This document shows positions 25,639 to 33,594 of a stretch of DNA of 34,294 bases, piece after piece. Below the pieces are notes generated by a model, which was not told the DNA's origin, did not search any database, and worked only from the letters and a program-made list of their open reading frames with translations. Every line of letters begins with the position of its first letter. Within the stretch, counting starts at the first letter, position 1. The stretch is from a virus (taxonomy: Duplodnaviria; Caudoviricetes), in the IMG/VR virus record IMGVR_UViG_3300011336_000110, positions 1-34,294 of that record, one strand, 5' to 3'. The position numbers and the translations under genes are program-made.

Positions 25639-27753
25639 TTATTGCATAAAAGGGTTCTGTCCTTGGTCAATATCCTGCACGGCATAGGTTGCTGCCATCA
25701 TTTGCTCGGCATTGCGTCGTTCAATTTCCCGCGCTAACACGTCAATCGGCATATTGTGGACCAATAGGTTCACCAATGCGTCAATCTCGGTCTTGTTCTG
25801 ACTGGTGATCGCTCGAGTGTTTTGATCGTTGACCTTGACCTCGGCCATTGTTTCCGTGTTGTGAGCTTTGGCCGTGACTTCCATGAGCTTGCGCTTATTC
25901 GCCCCTTCTTCTTTGATCTGAGCGATTTGGCCACGGTTCTGAATCTCAAGCTGCATCGCTTGCATCTGCTGTTGCATTTGCTGCATTTGTTGCTTGGCCT
26001 GCGCTAGCTGCATTTGAACCTGCGGAGGAATGTCCGACTTCTCATCAATCTGCGCCAATGGGTTAACCGCTGCCAGCCGGTCGGCAATGATCTCGGCACC
26101 AGGAAAGTCCATTTGCCGGAACACCAGATCGCCGGCTGCTTGGAACAGCTCTGGGCTCGAGCCAATCAACGGCATCATTGCGTCAACCGCTTGGATACGC
26201 CGTGATGCGTAGCCAGGACCAGTATCCATTGATACGTCGTACTCGCCAACGGTTACGTCGTTGAGCACTCTCCCAACTTGGGATGCCTCGTTAATCGTGA
26301 TCAGATCTGGCTTGCCATCAACGCCAATGATGCGCATAACACGCTCGGAGTCATAGATTTTAGGAATCAAATCAAGGATGATCCGACCAGTCTGGGCAAT
26401 GGATTTGGTCAAATTATCGTAATAGTGATAATTCGTCATGTCCACTTGCTGCTGCTGACCATTCAGCGCTTTCCCGCTGATGTTGCCGGTCGGCAGTTGG
26501 CTTGGATCAAAGATGCCAACAACCTGCTGCAAATCGCTGCTAACCGATGCCGCCGCCTCCATGATCCCGGCAGGAGGTGGTTCAGGCTGTAAGCGCGTTG
26601 GAACAGGAGCTGGTCGACCTTCAATGTCGGTTTGCTTGTAGCGCAGCACAGGCGTGGCTTTGATGTTAGCCGCAGCCCATTCGTTCTCGTGACCTTCGTC
26701 TTGCCCTTCTGCCAGCAGCCACTTGGCTTTTGGAGCCAGCGCGAGCGATTCGGTCATGCTGGTTTGCCAGAAGTTGTACATCTTCTGGGGATCTTTGGCG
26801 TAGCGCACCAGGCCATACTTGATCGACTTGCTATCGATCACGATCCGACCGCCATAAACCGGCACGACAGGGATAAATTTACCTGGCCATTCTCGCTCTT
26901 CAAGAATTTCCATGGCGGTCAGCTTGCACCACTTGACCACTTTCTTGTAGCTGTCACGCTCGCCCACGATCTCCAGCCCATGTTGGACCATGAATTCTTT
27001 GCTGGGGAGCTGATCCTTAAACAACCGGGATTTGTCGTTCAGCAGGTACAACTTAGCAGGCGTGCGCTCAATGTAGAAGTATTCAGCGATCCGTACATCT
27101 TCCTTAGTCACCCACTCAGGGTTGCTGTCGCCGCCGCCCCGAGCACTAAAGTTGCCGCCATCGTCAGCGTCTGGGTACAGATCCCGAAACTTATCCTTGC
27201 TCATGATCGTCGTGATCAGGCAACGCTCTTGGTCCGACCCATCCAGCGCCGTGCTGTTGGGGTCAAAGTAGACGGAAAACGGATTCTCAATAGGCTCAAT
27301 GTAGATCTCTTGGTCAAAGCTGTCCGGTGACGTGTAGTCAGTCACTACACGCCAGTAGCCCCAGCCCATGCGCACGGCGTACTCAAACGCCTTGTCGTAA
27401 GCGCTATCAGCGTCGCTGTTGATCTCAATATGCCGGCATATGCCTTCGACAACCTCGGCAGTCTCTTTGTCTGCGTAGCTGTTGCATGGATGAACCTTGA
27501 TCCGCGGTCGCTGCTGACGCTGCTGGTTAGCGATCTGCCGGCAGTAGGCGTCGAGCTTGTTGATCGTCAGGCAGGGTCGGGCTTCTAGGTTACGGCTGTT
27601 CTGAATCTCAACCGGCCACTGGTCGCCCGAGACAAAGCGCAGATCGTCCAGAGCATCCGAACGGTTGACGCTATCGGCTTCGCTGGCCAGTCGAAGGAAT
27701 TTCATCGCGTCGGCAATGCGGGAATCCTCTCCCTCGTTTTGATAATTTGCCAT
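25639..27753 (-). CDS. Portal protein, P22-like
   Basis: GDQWP, RPCLTINKL, KDPQKMYN, SGKAL; 704 aa with a Gln-rich helical C-terminus. Confidence 0.9.
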   Translation of the reverse strand: MANYQNEGEDSRIADAMKFLRLASEADSVNRSDALDDLRFVSGDQWPVEIQNSRNLEARPCLTINKLDAYCRQIANQQRQQRPRIKVHPCNSYADKETAEVVEGICRHIEINSDADSAYDKAFEYAVRMGWGYWRVVTDYTSPDSFDQEIYIEPIENPFSVYFDPNSTALDGSDQERCLITTIMSKDKFRDLYPDADDGGNFSARGGGDSNPEWVTKEDVRIAEYFYIERTPAKLYLLNDKSRLFKDQLPSKEFMVQHGLEIVGERDSYKKVVKWCKLTAMEILEEREWPGKFIPVVPVYGGRIVIDSKSIKYGLVRYAKDPQKMYNFWQTSMTESLALAPKAKWLLAEGQDEGHENEWAAANIKATPVLRYKQTDIEGRPAPVPTRLQPEPPPAGIMEAAASVSSDLQQVVGIFDPSQLPTGNISGKALNGQQQQVDMTNYHYYDNLTKSIAQTGRIILDLIPKIYDSERVMRIIGVDGKPDLITINEASQVGRVLNDVTVGEYDVSMDTGPGYASRRIQAVDAMMPLIGSSPELFQAAGDLVFRQMDFPGAEIIADRLAAVNPLAQIDEKSDIPPQVQMQLAQAKQQMQQMQQQMQAMQLEIQNRGQIAQIKEEGANKRKLMEVTAKAHNTETMAEVKVNDQNTRAITSQNKTEIDALVNLLVHNMPIDVLAREIERRNAEQMMAATYAVQDIDQGQNPFMQ

Positions 27754-27754
27754 A

Positions 27755-29029
27755 TCAGCTCATCCAGTTAGTCGGTAGCGTAAAAGTTTGCTGCTTTTTG
27801 CGTTGCTTTGGCTCGTTGACCATCAATCCGATGTATCTAAACGCGTCTGCGCCGTGCGAATAATGGTCATGAAGGGGAGACTTGGAGAACCCACCTGTGT
27901 CTGGGTCGACCTCGTAGCGGTAATGGCGCAGACAGGTAAGACCCTCTGCGCAGGCTTCTCGGTCGAACCAGCAGTTGTTGAAAATAGTTCGCGCAGCATT
28001 GATAGAGTCAGCAACAGGAACCCTCGGAATAATTCGGGTCTTATAACCCGCAGCTCTTACGATCTCTTCAATAGACTTGCCCGCCGCCGCAAGAGTTTTA
28101 TTCTCAGCGTCGTGCGGAAGCCACAAAGTATCGTAATGGTATCCAAAGGTCTGCAATTGCGCTAGGTAATAGCTAATTGTCTTTTGATTGTCCTCCATGT
28201 AACGCAGCAATCGCGTTTCCATGCCGACAAACTGTAGAAACCAAATCGCGGTGGCATCCGACCATCCAAGGTCAAAAACGGCGTGGACAGGCTTGCTAGG
28301 ATCGAACGGAACCCGCCCAATACGCCCCTGAAGCTCGGCGTTGTGCATCTCCCTGGCGAACACTGCGCCATCGACAGTCTGCCGGCATATGCCCTCCCAG
28401 ACCGTGTTGTAAGCCTCTATATCACGATCCTTGAGTGCGTCTTTTTCGGCTCTAAGGGTTTCTGGAAACCAAGGGTTATCAGACCAATTAATCTTGGTAA
28501 CAACAGCATCACTAGGAGGATGAATGACAAAGCGCTGGTACGTCTCATCAGTCTCTAGCTCCGGGTTAAAGCTGATCCAGATCTCTGAATCTTGCTTACG
28601 AATCGTTGGGATTAGCACGTTCCACGACATCTTTGATACTGACTGAGCCTCTTCGACCCAGCAAATATCAACGCCCTCAAACGATTTAATGTTGCTTACG
28701 TTATTCTTTAAGCCAACAAAAAAGAATTCAGATCCATTTTTAGCTCTGATTGACGTCTGCGTAATCTCATAGAATCCATTCAATCGCAATGAATCAATCT
28801 GGTCGCATAAAAGTTTATGCACCGAATCGCGGATTGAGGTTTGAAATTCTCTGGCGCAGAGAATGCGCGTAGGCTTAGATGCGCCAATGATTAGCAGCGC
28901 TCGAGCAATCGCCCAAGACTTGCCGCCGCCGCGACCGCCGAATGTTACTTTGTACCGATGTTTGTCAAAAAGTACCGATAGCTTCTCGGGAAACTCGGCA
29001 TTAGCGACAACCTGGCTAAGATCACTCAC
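27755..29029 (-). CDS. terL: Terminase large subunit
   Basis: GGRGGGKS (Walker A), WVEEA (Walker B), SFNP, DLGWSD, HGADAFRY. Confidence 0.93.
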   Translation of the reverse strand: MSDLSQVVANAEFPEKLSVLFDKHRYKVTFGGRGGGKSWAIARALLIIGASKPTRILCAREFQTSIRDSVHKLLCDQIDSLRLNGFYEITQTSIRAKNGSEFFFVGLKNNVSNIKSFEGVDICWVEEAQSVSKMSWNVLIPTIRKQDSEIWISFNPELETDETYQRFVIHPPSDAVVTKINWSDNPWFPETLRAEKDALKDRDIEAYNTVWEGICRQTVDGAVFAREMHNAELQGRIGRVPFDPSKPVHAVFDLGWSDATAIWFLQFVGMETRLLRYMEDNQKTISYYLAQLQTFGYHYDTLWLPHDAENKTLAAAGKSIEEIVRAAGYKTRIIPRVPVADSINAARTIFNNCWFDREACAEGLTCLRHYRYEVDPDTGGFSKSPLHDHYSHGADAFRYIGLMVNEPKQRKKQQTFTLPTNWMS

Positions 29030-29432
29030 CAGACTTCACAAAGCTAACTTGGATGCCGCTGATCAACGGCGCTCCATCAGCCCCAGTGATCTCTTGCTTC
29101 GTGCTCTCGCGGTACTTCTTGGGGAACCTAGCAGCCATTGAACGCGACCAGATCGTGGCATTCAAACGGTCGCTTTCTTTGTTTTCGATCATGTAGGCCT
29201 GCGCCTGTTCTTCCCACCAACGCAGCTCGTGATCCTTGGCAATCTCCAAGGCGGCCCGAAATTCTGGATGTTCGTCTCTCCAACGATACATCGTGGTCGT
29301 GCCGACCTCTAAAATTGAAGCAATGGCCTCAACAGATTTGCCAAGTTTGCCCAGCTCGATTGCCTTCTCGCAGAAAGCAGGATCGTAAGCACTGGGTCGG
29401 CCAACGGGACGCTTTACAACTGGCTCAGTCAT
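29022..29432 (-). CDS. terS: Terminase small subunit
   Basis: GRPSAY, HTH, HPEF, EITGADGAP; directly upstream of terL. Confidence 0.8.
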   Translation of the reverse strand: MTEPVVKRPVGRPSAYDPAFCEKAIELGKLGKSVEAIASILEVGTTTMYRWRDEHPEFRAALEIAKDHELRWWEEQAQAYMIENKESDRLNATIWSRSMAARFPKKYRESTKQEITGADGAPLISGIQVSFVKSGE

Positions 29433-29707
29433 TAACAGTTCCAGTTCTTGAGTGATGCCTTGGCCCGCTCTGCCGGACCTTTGGCGTTTTTTGCAACAGC
29501 AGACATTCGCGCACAAAAGCTCGCCTTGCGACCTTTGTCAGCTTCTGTTTTCGGATGGGGAGCAGGTGGCTTCAGATTAGAGCCATTCTTCGCGTTGTAC
29601 TCAGCACGACCTTTAGCAGTCATCCCAGCGCCTTTCTCGGTTGGGTTGTACGTCTTGCCCTTGCCCGTGGTCTTGTGCGGGATCGGTTTGTCGTGCTTTG
29701 TAGCCAT
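29432..29707 (-). CDS. Small basic hypothetical protein
   Basis: GMTAKGRAEYN...RKASFCARM...WNC; TAATG coupling. Confidence 0.75.
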   Translation of the reverse strand: MATKHDKPIPHKTTGKGKTYNPTEKGAGMTAKGRAEYNAKNGSNLKPPAPHPKTEADKGRKASFCARMSAVAKNAKGPAERAKASLKNWNC

Positions 29708-29862
29708 TATTTCTTCTTCGCCGGTTTAGCAGTCTTGGCAGCTTGCTTAAAGTCAGCAGCAGATGGAGCTTTAGCCGACCCTGGTTTGTTCATCTTCTCA
29801 CCAGAGCCGGCTTTGATCCGTTCCTGCTTCGCGTGAATATTGGCGTAAAGACCTGATTTCAT
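29707..29862 (-). CDS. 51-aa Lys/Ala-rich protein (not in the ORF track)
   Basis: MKSGLYANIHAKQERIKAGSGEKM...AKKK; coupled at both ends. Confidence 0.75.
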   Translation of the reverse strand: MKSGLYANIHAKQERIKAGSGEKMNKPGSAKAPSAADFKQAAKTAKPAKKK

Positions 29863-29996
29863 TTCTTTTTTGCCGCTGCTGCGCGTTTGACTGCGTAGCT
29901 GATCGCCACGGCCTGCTTAACTGGTTTCCCAGCTTTAACCTCGGCTTTGATATTCTCTTTAAACGCCTTCTCAGACGTTGATTTTTTGAGCGGCAT
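29859..29996 (-). CDS. 45-aa Lys/Ala-rich protein (not in the ORF track)
   Basis: MPLKKSTSEKAFKENIKAEVKAGKPVKQAVAISY...; coupled to the next gene. Confidence 0.75.
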   Translation of the reverse strand: MPLKKSTSEKAFKENIKAEVKAGKPVKQAVAISYAVKRAAAAKKK

Positions 29997-29998
29997 AA

Positions 29999-30403
29999 TC
30001 AGCTTGCGCTGTGAATGATCGCAAAGTTGATGATCACGGCTTCGGCCAGTGCGCCGCCGGTCGTGTTGCGCAGCGTGATGCTGGCAGAACCAGTGGTCAT
30101 ATTGGCGACCCAGCAGTTGTAAGCGCTAGCTGTGGCAACGCCAGTGACGTTAACGATCATCACGTCTTTACCAGACAATAGGCTGTTGTTCAGAGTAAAC
30201 GTAACGTTGGTTGTGCCTGCCAGCGAAGCGCTGCTCATCGTGATCTGGCCAGCAGACTTGTTCAGCGTAACAGCCGTTGACTTGTCGGTGAGCTGGGTGA
30301 CCGAGCCTTGTGCGCCCGATGCGTAGCCAATCTCCTGACTGGCATAGCAGGTGGTAAATTCTGGGTCGGAGTACGCGACCCCGGTTGCAACTGAATTGCT
30401 CAT
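29999..30403 (-). CDS. Hypothetical beta-rich protein, possibly virion-associated
   Basis: 134-aa Thr/Ser/Ala-rich ORF in the late operon. Confidence 0.7.
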   Translation of the reverse strand: MSNSVATGVAYSDPEFTTCYASQEIGYASGAQGSVTQLTDKSTAVTLNKSAGQITMSSASLAGTTNVTFTLNNSLLSGKDVMIVNVTGVATASAYNCWVANMTTGSASITLRNTTGGALAEAVIINFAIIHSAS

Positions 30404-30412
30404 AATATTCCC

Positions 30413-30667
30413 TTATTCGCAGACCGCACAGACGTCGGCCTCTTGGATGATTTGGTAGTCCTGGCCATCGTAGCTATGCGTGGGCCAGTTCAGATAATCG
30501 CCGTTGCCGTACTTGATCCAATCACCAACTTTTGCCTCTCGGACCTTCGGCCCTACAGCAACAATGGTTCCCTCGTTAAAGGGTTCCTTGTTGGTGACGT
30601 GAATCACGCTGGACAACGATCTCACCGCCGGTTTGACGGTGATGAAGTCACGCAGAGGTCTAATCAT
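30413..30667 (-). CDS. groES: GroES/Cpn10-like co-chaperonin
   Basis: IRPLRDFITVK, GTIVAVGP, KVGDWIKY, DGQDYQIIQEADVCAV. Confidence 0.8.
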   Translation of the reverse strand: MIRPLRDFITVKPAVRSLSSVIHVTNKEPFNEGTIVAVGPKVREAKVGDWIKYGNGDYLNWPTHSYDGQDYQIIQEADVCAVCE

Positions 30668-30894
30668 TTCTGATAGCTTTTCCGGTCGTGGGTATAGCAG
30701 GTGCCCGAGGTCACGCCGCTGTTAAACGTCTTGTCTGCGCCTTTGGAATCAGCCTCACCCATGCCAATGCCGTTGACCATGCGCTCGCTACGCTCGCCGG
30801 TGCGCTCTTGCTTGGCAACGCCTGCGGGGATCTTGGCACTGGAGCCGAAACCGTAACCGGCTGGCTGTTTGGTTGCTGAATCTTTAGCTTTCAT
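30664..30894 (-). CDS. Hypothetical protein
   Basis: 76-aa ORF, ATGA-coupled to the GroES-like gene. Confidence 0.65.
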   Translation of the reverse strand: MKAKDSATKQPAGYGFGSSAKIPAGVAKQERTGERSERMVNGIGMGEADSKGADKTFNSGVTSGTCYTHDRKSYQK

Positions 30895-30903
30895 GGTTTC
30901 GCC

Positions 30904-31266
30904 TTACTTAAGGAATTTCAATTTAAAGAGTGTGGAATCAATGAGTTGTGCAATCTCATCGATCAGGTTTTGCAGCTCAGTGTCTTGGGGCATCACTTCG
31001 CGGGAGTCTTGCACAAAATACTTGATCCCCTCGAGGTATTCGGCAGGATCGTCTGTCGGCAGATAATAATCGTCTGGGAACGCCTTGAACTGGCCATAGC
31101 GCCCCATGTAGGCTTCTGCTAATTGGTCGACCAGCTCAGGGATCTGCTGATAATACTCGCCCAGCGCAACGTGAGCGGCATAGGATTTGGTGGTCCAATG
31201 CAGCAGATGCGCATTGGTTCCCGAGTGCAAAAGCACCGAGACAAAAGCGCTGGCTTCATTTTCCAT
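30904..31266 (-). CDS. Dps/ferritin-like protein
   Basis: AHLLHW...AAHVALGEYY...ELVDQLAE resembles the Dps ferroxidase pattern. Confidence 0.65.
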   Translation of the reverse strand: MENEASAFVSVLLHSGTNAHLLHWTTKSYAAHVALGEYYQQIPELVDQLAEAYMGRYGQFKAFPDDYYLPTDDPAEYLEGIKYFVQDSREVMPQDTELQNLIDEIAQLIDSTLFKLKFLK

Positions 31267-31276
31267 GCGTACCACC

Positions 31277-31336
31277 AAAAAAATAGGGCAACTCCACGTC
31301 GCCCAATTGGGCAATGGAATGGCGAGGAGTGCGCCC
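31277..31336 (-). terminator. Long hairpin plus T-tract in the putative late leader
   Basis: Minus strand GGGCGCACTCC...GGAGTTGCCC-TATTTTTTT. Confidence 0.55.
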
Positions 31337-31343
31337 GGACCCA

Positions 31344-31373
31344 ATCATGCGCGTTTTAACACTGTTCTGGCAA
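31344..31373 (-). promoter_or_regulatory. Candidate late promoter
   Basis: TTGCCA, 18 bp spacer, CATGAT on the minus strand. Confidence 0.4.
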
Positions 31374-31378
31374 CTGTG

Positions 31379-31636
31379 TCAAACGGTTTTGTCAGACGGG
31401 AATTTACCTTTCTGGAAAACCGGCATATCAAGAGCGATCTTTCTGCGTTGGATTTCTCGATCCAGATACCAGCGTGCTTTCTCAAGATCCTGCATCCCTG
31501 CCTTGAGGTCGGCTCGCCAGATGTATTTGATCGCGTTGCCCAGGTTGAAGCTCATATGCTCGGTGATCTGGATGCATTCAACGCCGCTCGGATGCTGAGT
31601 ATAGTGATCAGGATGGTTTACTGGGTCGTGCTTCAT
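31379..31636 (-). CDS. DUF3310 (SaV-like) protein
   Basis: DPVNHPDHY, VECI, FNLGNAIKYIWRA, DLEKARWYL. Confidence 0.85.
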   Translation of the reverse strand: MKHDPVNHPDHYTQHPSGVECIQITEHMSFNLGNAIKYIWRADLKAGMQDLEKARWYLDREIQRRKIALDMPVFQKGKFPSDKTV

Positions 31637-32037
31637 TGCAGCTCCTGCGAGGTCCAGTCGCCGCACCACTGGTCAGCATCTACCGGTGGCCAGATCGGTC
31701 CTGCAAAGTCACTATCTAGCAGTAGTTCTGGCGCTCTACGTCGGCACTCTCCCTCAAATGAGCCTTCCCCATCTCCATCAAGATCGTTGAAATGTCGACA
31801 GGATCCGCAAGTTGGTCGCATAGCCACTCGTCCAGAAAAAGATCTGACGTCTGTTCGTCCACGATTGGATTCATCCTCACCTCCGCATTCGTCAATTAAA
31901 ACCGAAGCACTAGATTGGATCTGTTTTGCAAGGTCGATCACTTTGCCCAGCTCCATGTTAAACATAGCGCACTCTTTTTGCAGCTCGCTAATATTTATCT
32001 GTATATCAGATATTGATTCTCCTATTTTATAACTCAT
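31633..32037 (-). CDS. Hypothetical protein with C-terminal Cys cluster
   Basis: CGSCRHF...GECRRRAP...WPPV...WCGDW. Confidence 0.65.
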   Translation of the reverse strand: MSYKIGESISDIQINISELQKECAMFNMELGKVIDLAKQIQSSASVLIDECGGEDESNRGRTDVRSFSGRVAMRPTCGSCRHFNDLDGDGEGSFEGECRRRAPELLLDSDFAGPIWPPVDADQWCGDWTSQELQ

Positions 32038-32327
32038 TTAGTCAACACTCCTTTTAATTCCGATTCTTTCATTGTAAAAATATCTTTGTCTTTAAACATC
32101 TTTTCAATCCAATGGCGAGGCCATAGGTAAGACGTAGTTGCTTTGGCGTTGCGCTCAATAAGATTCTTAGTTGTCAGCGTTTTGCCGCCATAGGTCACCC
32201 ACAGGTGAGCGGTCACGTAGTGCGGAACGAACATCGCGTGACCTAAGAAAAAGACAGGCTGAACGTCAGAGTGCAAGATCTCCGAATCTTCGCCTCGGTA
32301 CACAAATTTCCCATTAGTAAATTTCAC
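32034..32327 (-). CDS. Hypothetical protein
   Basis: GTG at 32327 with GGAG RBS. Confidence 0.6.
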   Translation of the reverse strand: MKFTNGKFVYRGEDSEILHSDVQPVFFLGHAMFVPHYVTAHLWVTYGGKTLTTKNLIERNAKATTSYLWPRHWIEKMFKDKDIFTMKESELKGVLTK

Positions 32328-32604
32328 TTGTCTGCTCCAGTGGCTTACCAAGAGTCCGGAGAATGACGCAGTGTTCTGGTTCTATATCGCTGGCTCGCCC
32401 ATGAGCGTCGTAGTAGATGTAAGACGCTCGGTTAGAGCTGCACGACCCATCAATGCGACGTGCAAGTCGTCCAACCCGGAACGCCTGGCGCAGCTTTGAA
32501 TCAATCATCTTCTTGCTTGCACCAGGAAAATATTCCATGCATTGAACTGTTGTCATGGCTCCATGCTTAGAGACAATTTCCAATACTGTGTATTCGCTAT
32601 TCAT
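32314..32604 (-). CDS. Hypothetical, possible winged-helix protein
   Basis: GAGG RBS; VLEIVSKHGAMTT...IDSKLRQAFRVGRLAR. Confidence 0.6.
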   Translation of the reverse strand: MNSEYTVLEIVSKHGAMTTVQCMEYFPGASKKMIDSKLRQAFRVGRLARRIDGSCSSNRASYIYYDAHGRASDIEPEHCVILRTLGKPLEQTSEIY

Positions 32605-32613
32605 TTTTTAACC

Positions 32614-32994
32614 TCAAAAAGGCAGATCATCATCGTTTTCTTCAAAACTCGCTGCGCGGGCTTTAGGCGCGTTTTGCACTCGTGTTGGTAGGGTAGCCTC
32701 AGTCACCCCCTGAAAGCCGCTCTGGTGCCCGTCTGGATGCCTTTTTGGGCCATGGTCGACCGAGGTGGAGGGTTCGCAGGGGTTTCCGATGGTCACAGCA
32801 GCGTATTGCATCCCGCTGGCAGCGGTCTTGATCGTGACGTCCAGCCAGTGCATGGAACCGTCTGGCAAGCAAACGCGTCCTTTGTAATCGGCGTGCCAAT
32901 CTTCAACCTTTTTGTCATTGGGAAATGCAGCGCCTTTGCCAGGCTTTTGTTCGTAATTGCCTTTTGATGCGGCTGGTTTGTTCATTTGATTCAC
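32614..32994 (-). CDS. Putative single-stranded DNA-binding protein
   Basis: ADYKGRV...HWLDV core and acidic DDDLPF C-terminal tail. Confidence 0.6.
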   Translation of the reverse strand: MNQMNKPAASKGNYEQKPGKGAAFPNDKKVEDWHADYKGRVCLPDGSMHWLDVTIKTAASGMQYAAVTIGNPCEPSTSVDHGPKRHPDGHQSGFQGVTEATLPTRVQNAPKARAASFEENDDDLPF

Positions 32995-33248
32995 TTTAAA
33001 TTGTTTCTCAAGATTTGGTCTGTCACAACTTCAGATAAAAGCTCTTCAATTGTCTCAACCTCGGGTTGTTTGGCAGCAATTCGGCGCCTGATTACCGATT
33101 CGATGCCTGTTTGCAATTGCTGACTGGACATGTCCATAGCCAACAACTGATCGACCAGCTTGCTACTTATTTGTGCACTTTTTATTTTTTTCAAACCTCC
33201 TCTTATTTCTTTATTAAAGGTAAATATATCTTCTTTCATCTTAGTCAT
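32991..33248 (-). CDS. Hypothetical origin-proximal protein, 85 aa
   Basis: Begins at the edge of the 13-mer array; AAGGA RBS; GTGA-coupled to the SSB-like gene. Confidence 0.6.
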   Translation of the reverse strand: MTKMKEDIFTFNKEIRGGLKKIKSAQISSKLVDQLLAMDMSSQQLQTGIESVIRRRIAAKQPEVETIEELLSEVVTDQILRNNLK

Positions 33249-33322
33249 AGATCTTATCCTTCGATCTTAGTCTTAGCTCTCTAAGTCTTAGATCTTAGTC
33301 TTAGATCTTAGTCTTAGATCTC
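33243..33322. repeat. Tandem 13-mer array, consensus AGTCTTAGATCTT
   Basis: Three near-exact copies at 33284-33322 and three degenerate copies at 33243-33281; five of the six contain GATC. Confidence 0.9.
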
Positions 33323-33348
33323 TACGCGCGCACGTATATGAAGAAAAG

Positions 33349-33414
33349 TTATCCACAGGGTTATCCACAGGGTTATCCACAGATTTGGGGTAGTTATCCA
33401 CAGGGTTATCCACA
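33349..33414 (+). promoter_or_regulatory. Five consensus DnaA boxes (TTATCCACA), putative replication origin
   Basis: Exact 9-mers start at 33349, 33361, 33373, 33394 and 33406, all in the same orientation. Confidence 0.9.
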
Positions 33415-33420
33415 GGCAGA

Positions 33421-33594
33421 TCACTCGTCAGATCGTAGGTTTTTCAGTGATTCTTCGGCTTCTTTTTTAAGTTTTGCAATGATCTCCTTTTCCTCTTTTG
33501 TATAATCTCTGAGCCTCTCTCCATGCTGGTTTATTGGCACATAGGGCCATTTTTCCATGCGTCTTTTTGCTTCCAGATTCTTTGTTTTGCTCAT
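33421..33594 (-). CDS. 57-aa hypothetical protein (not in the ORF track)
   Basis: MSKTKNLEAKRRMEKWPYVP...NLRSDE; ATGA overlap with the RusA stop. Confidence 0.6.
   Translation of the reverse strand: MSKTKNLEAKRRMEKWPYVPINQHGERLRDYTKEEKEIIAKLKKEAEESLKNLRSDE

Noticed and set aside
26632-27330. 232-aa plus-strand ORF, and similar ones at 13068-13682 and 13967-14530
   Set aside because: Shadow frames opposite portal, gp10 and gp4.
31187-32032. 281-aa plus-strand ORF
   Set aside because: Antisense to three coherent minus-strand genes including DUF3310; no RBS or motifs.
33243-33414. CRISPR array interpretation of the repeats
   Set aside because: Units are 9-13 bp and tandem, with no unique spacers and no cas genes.
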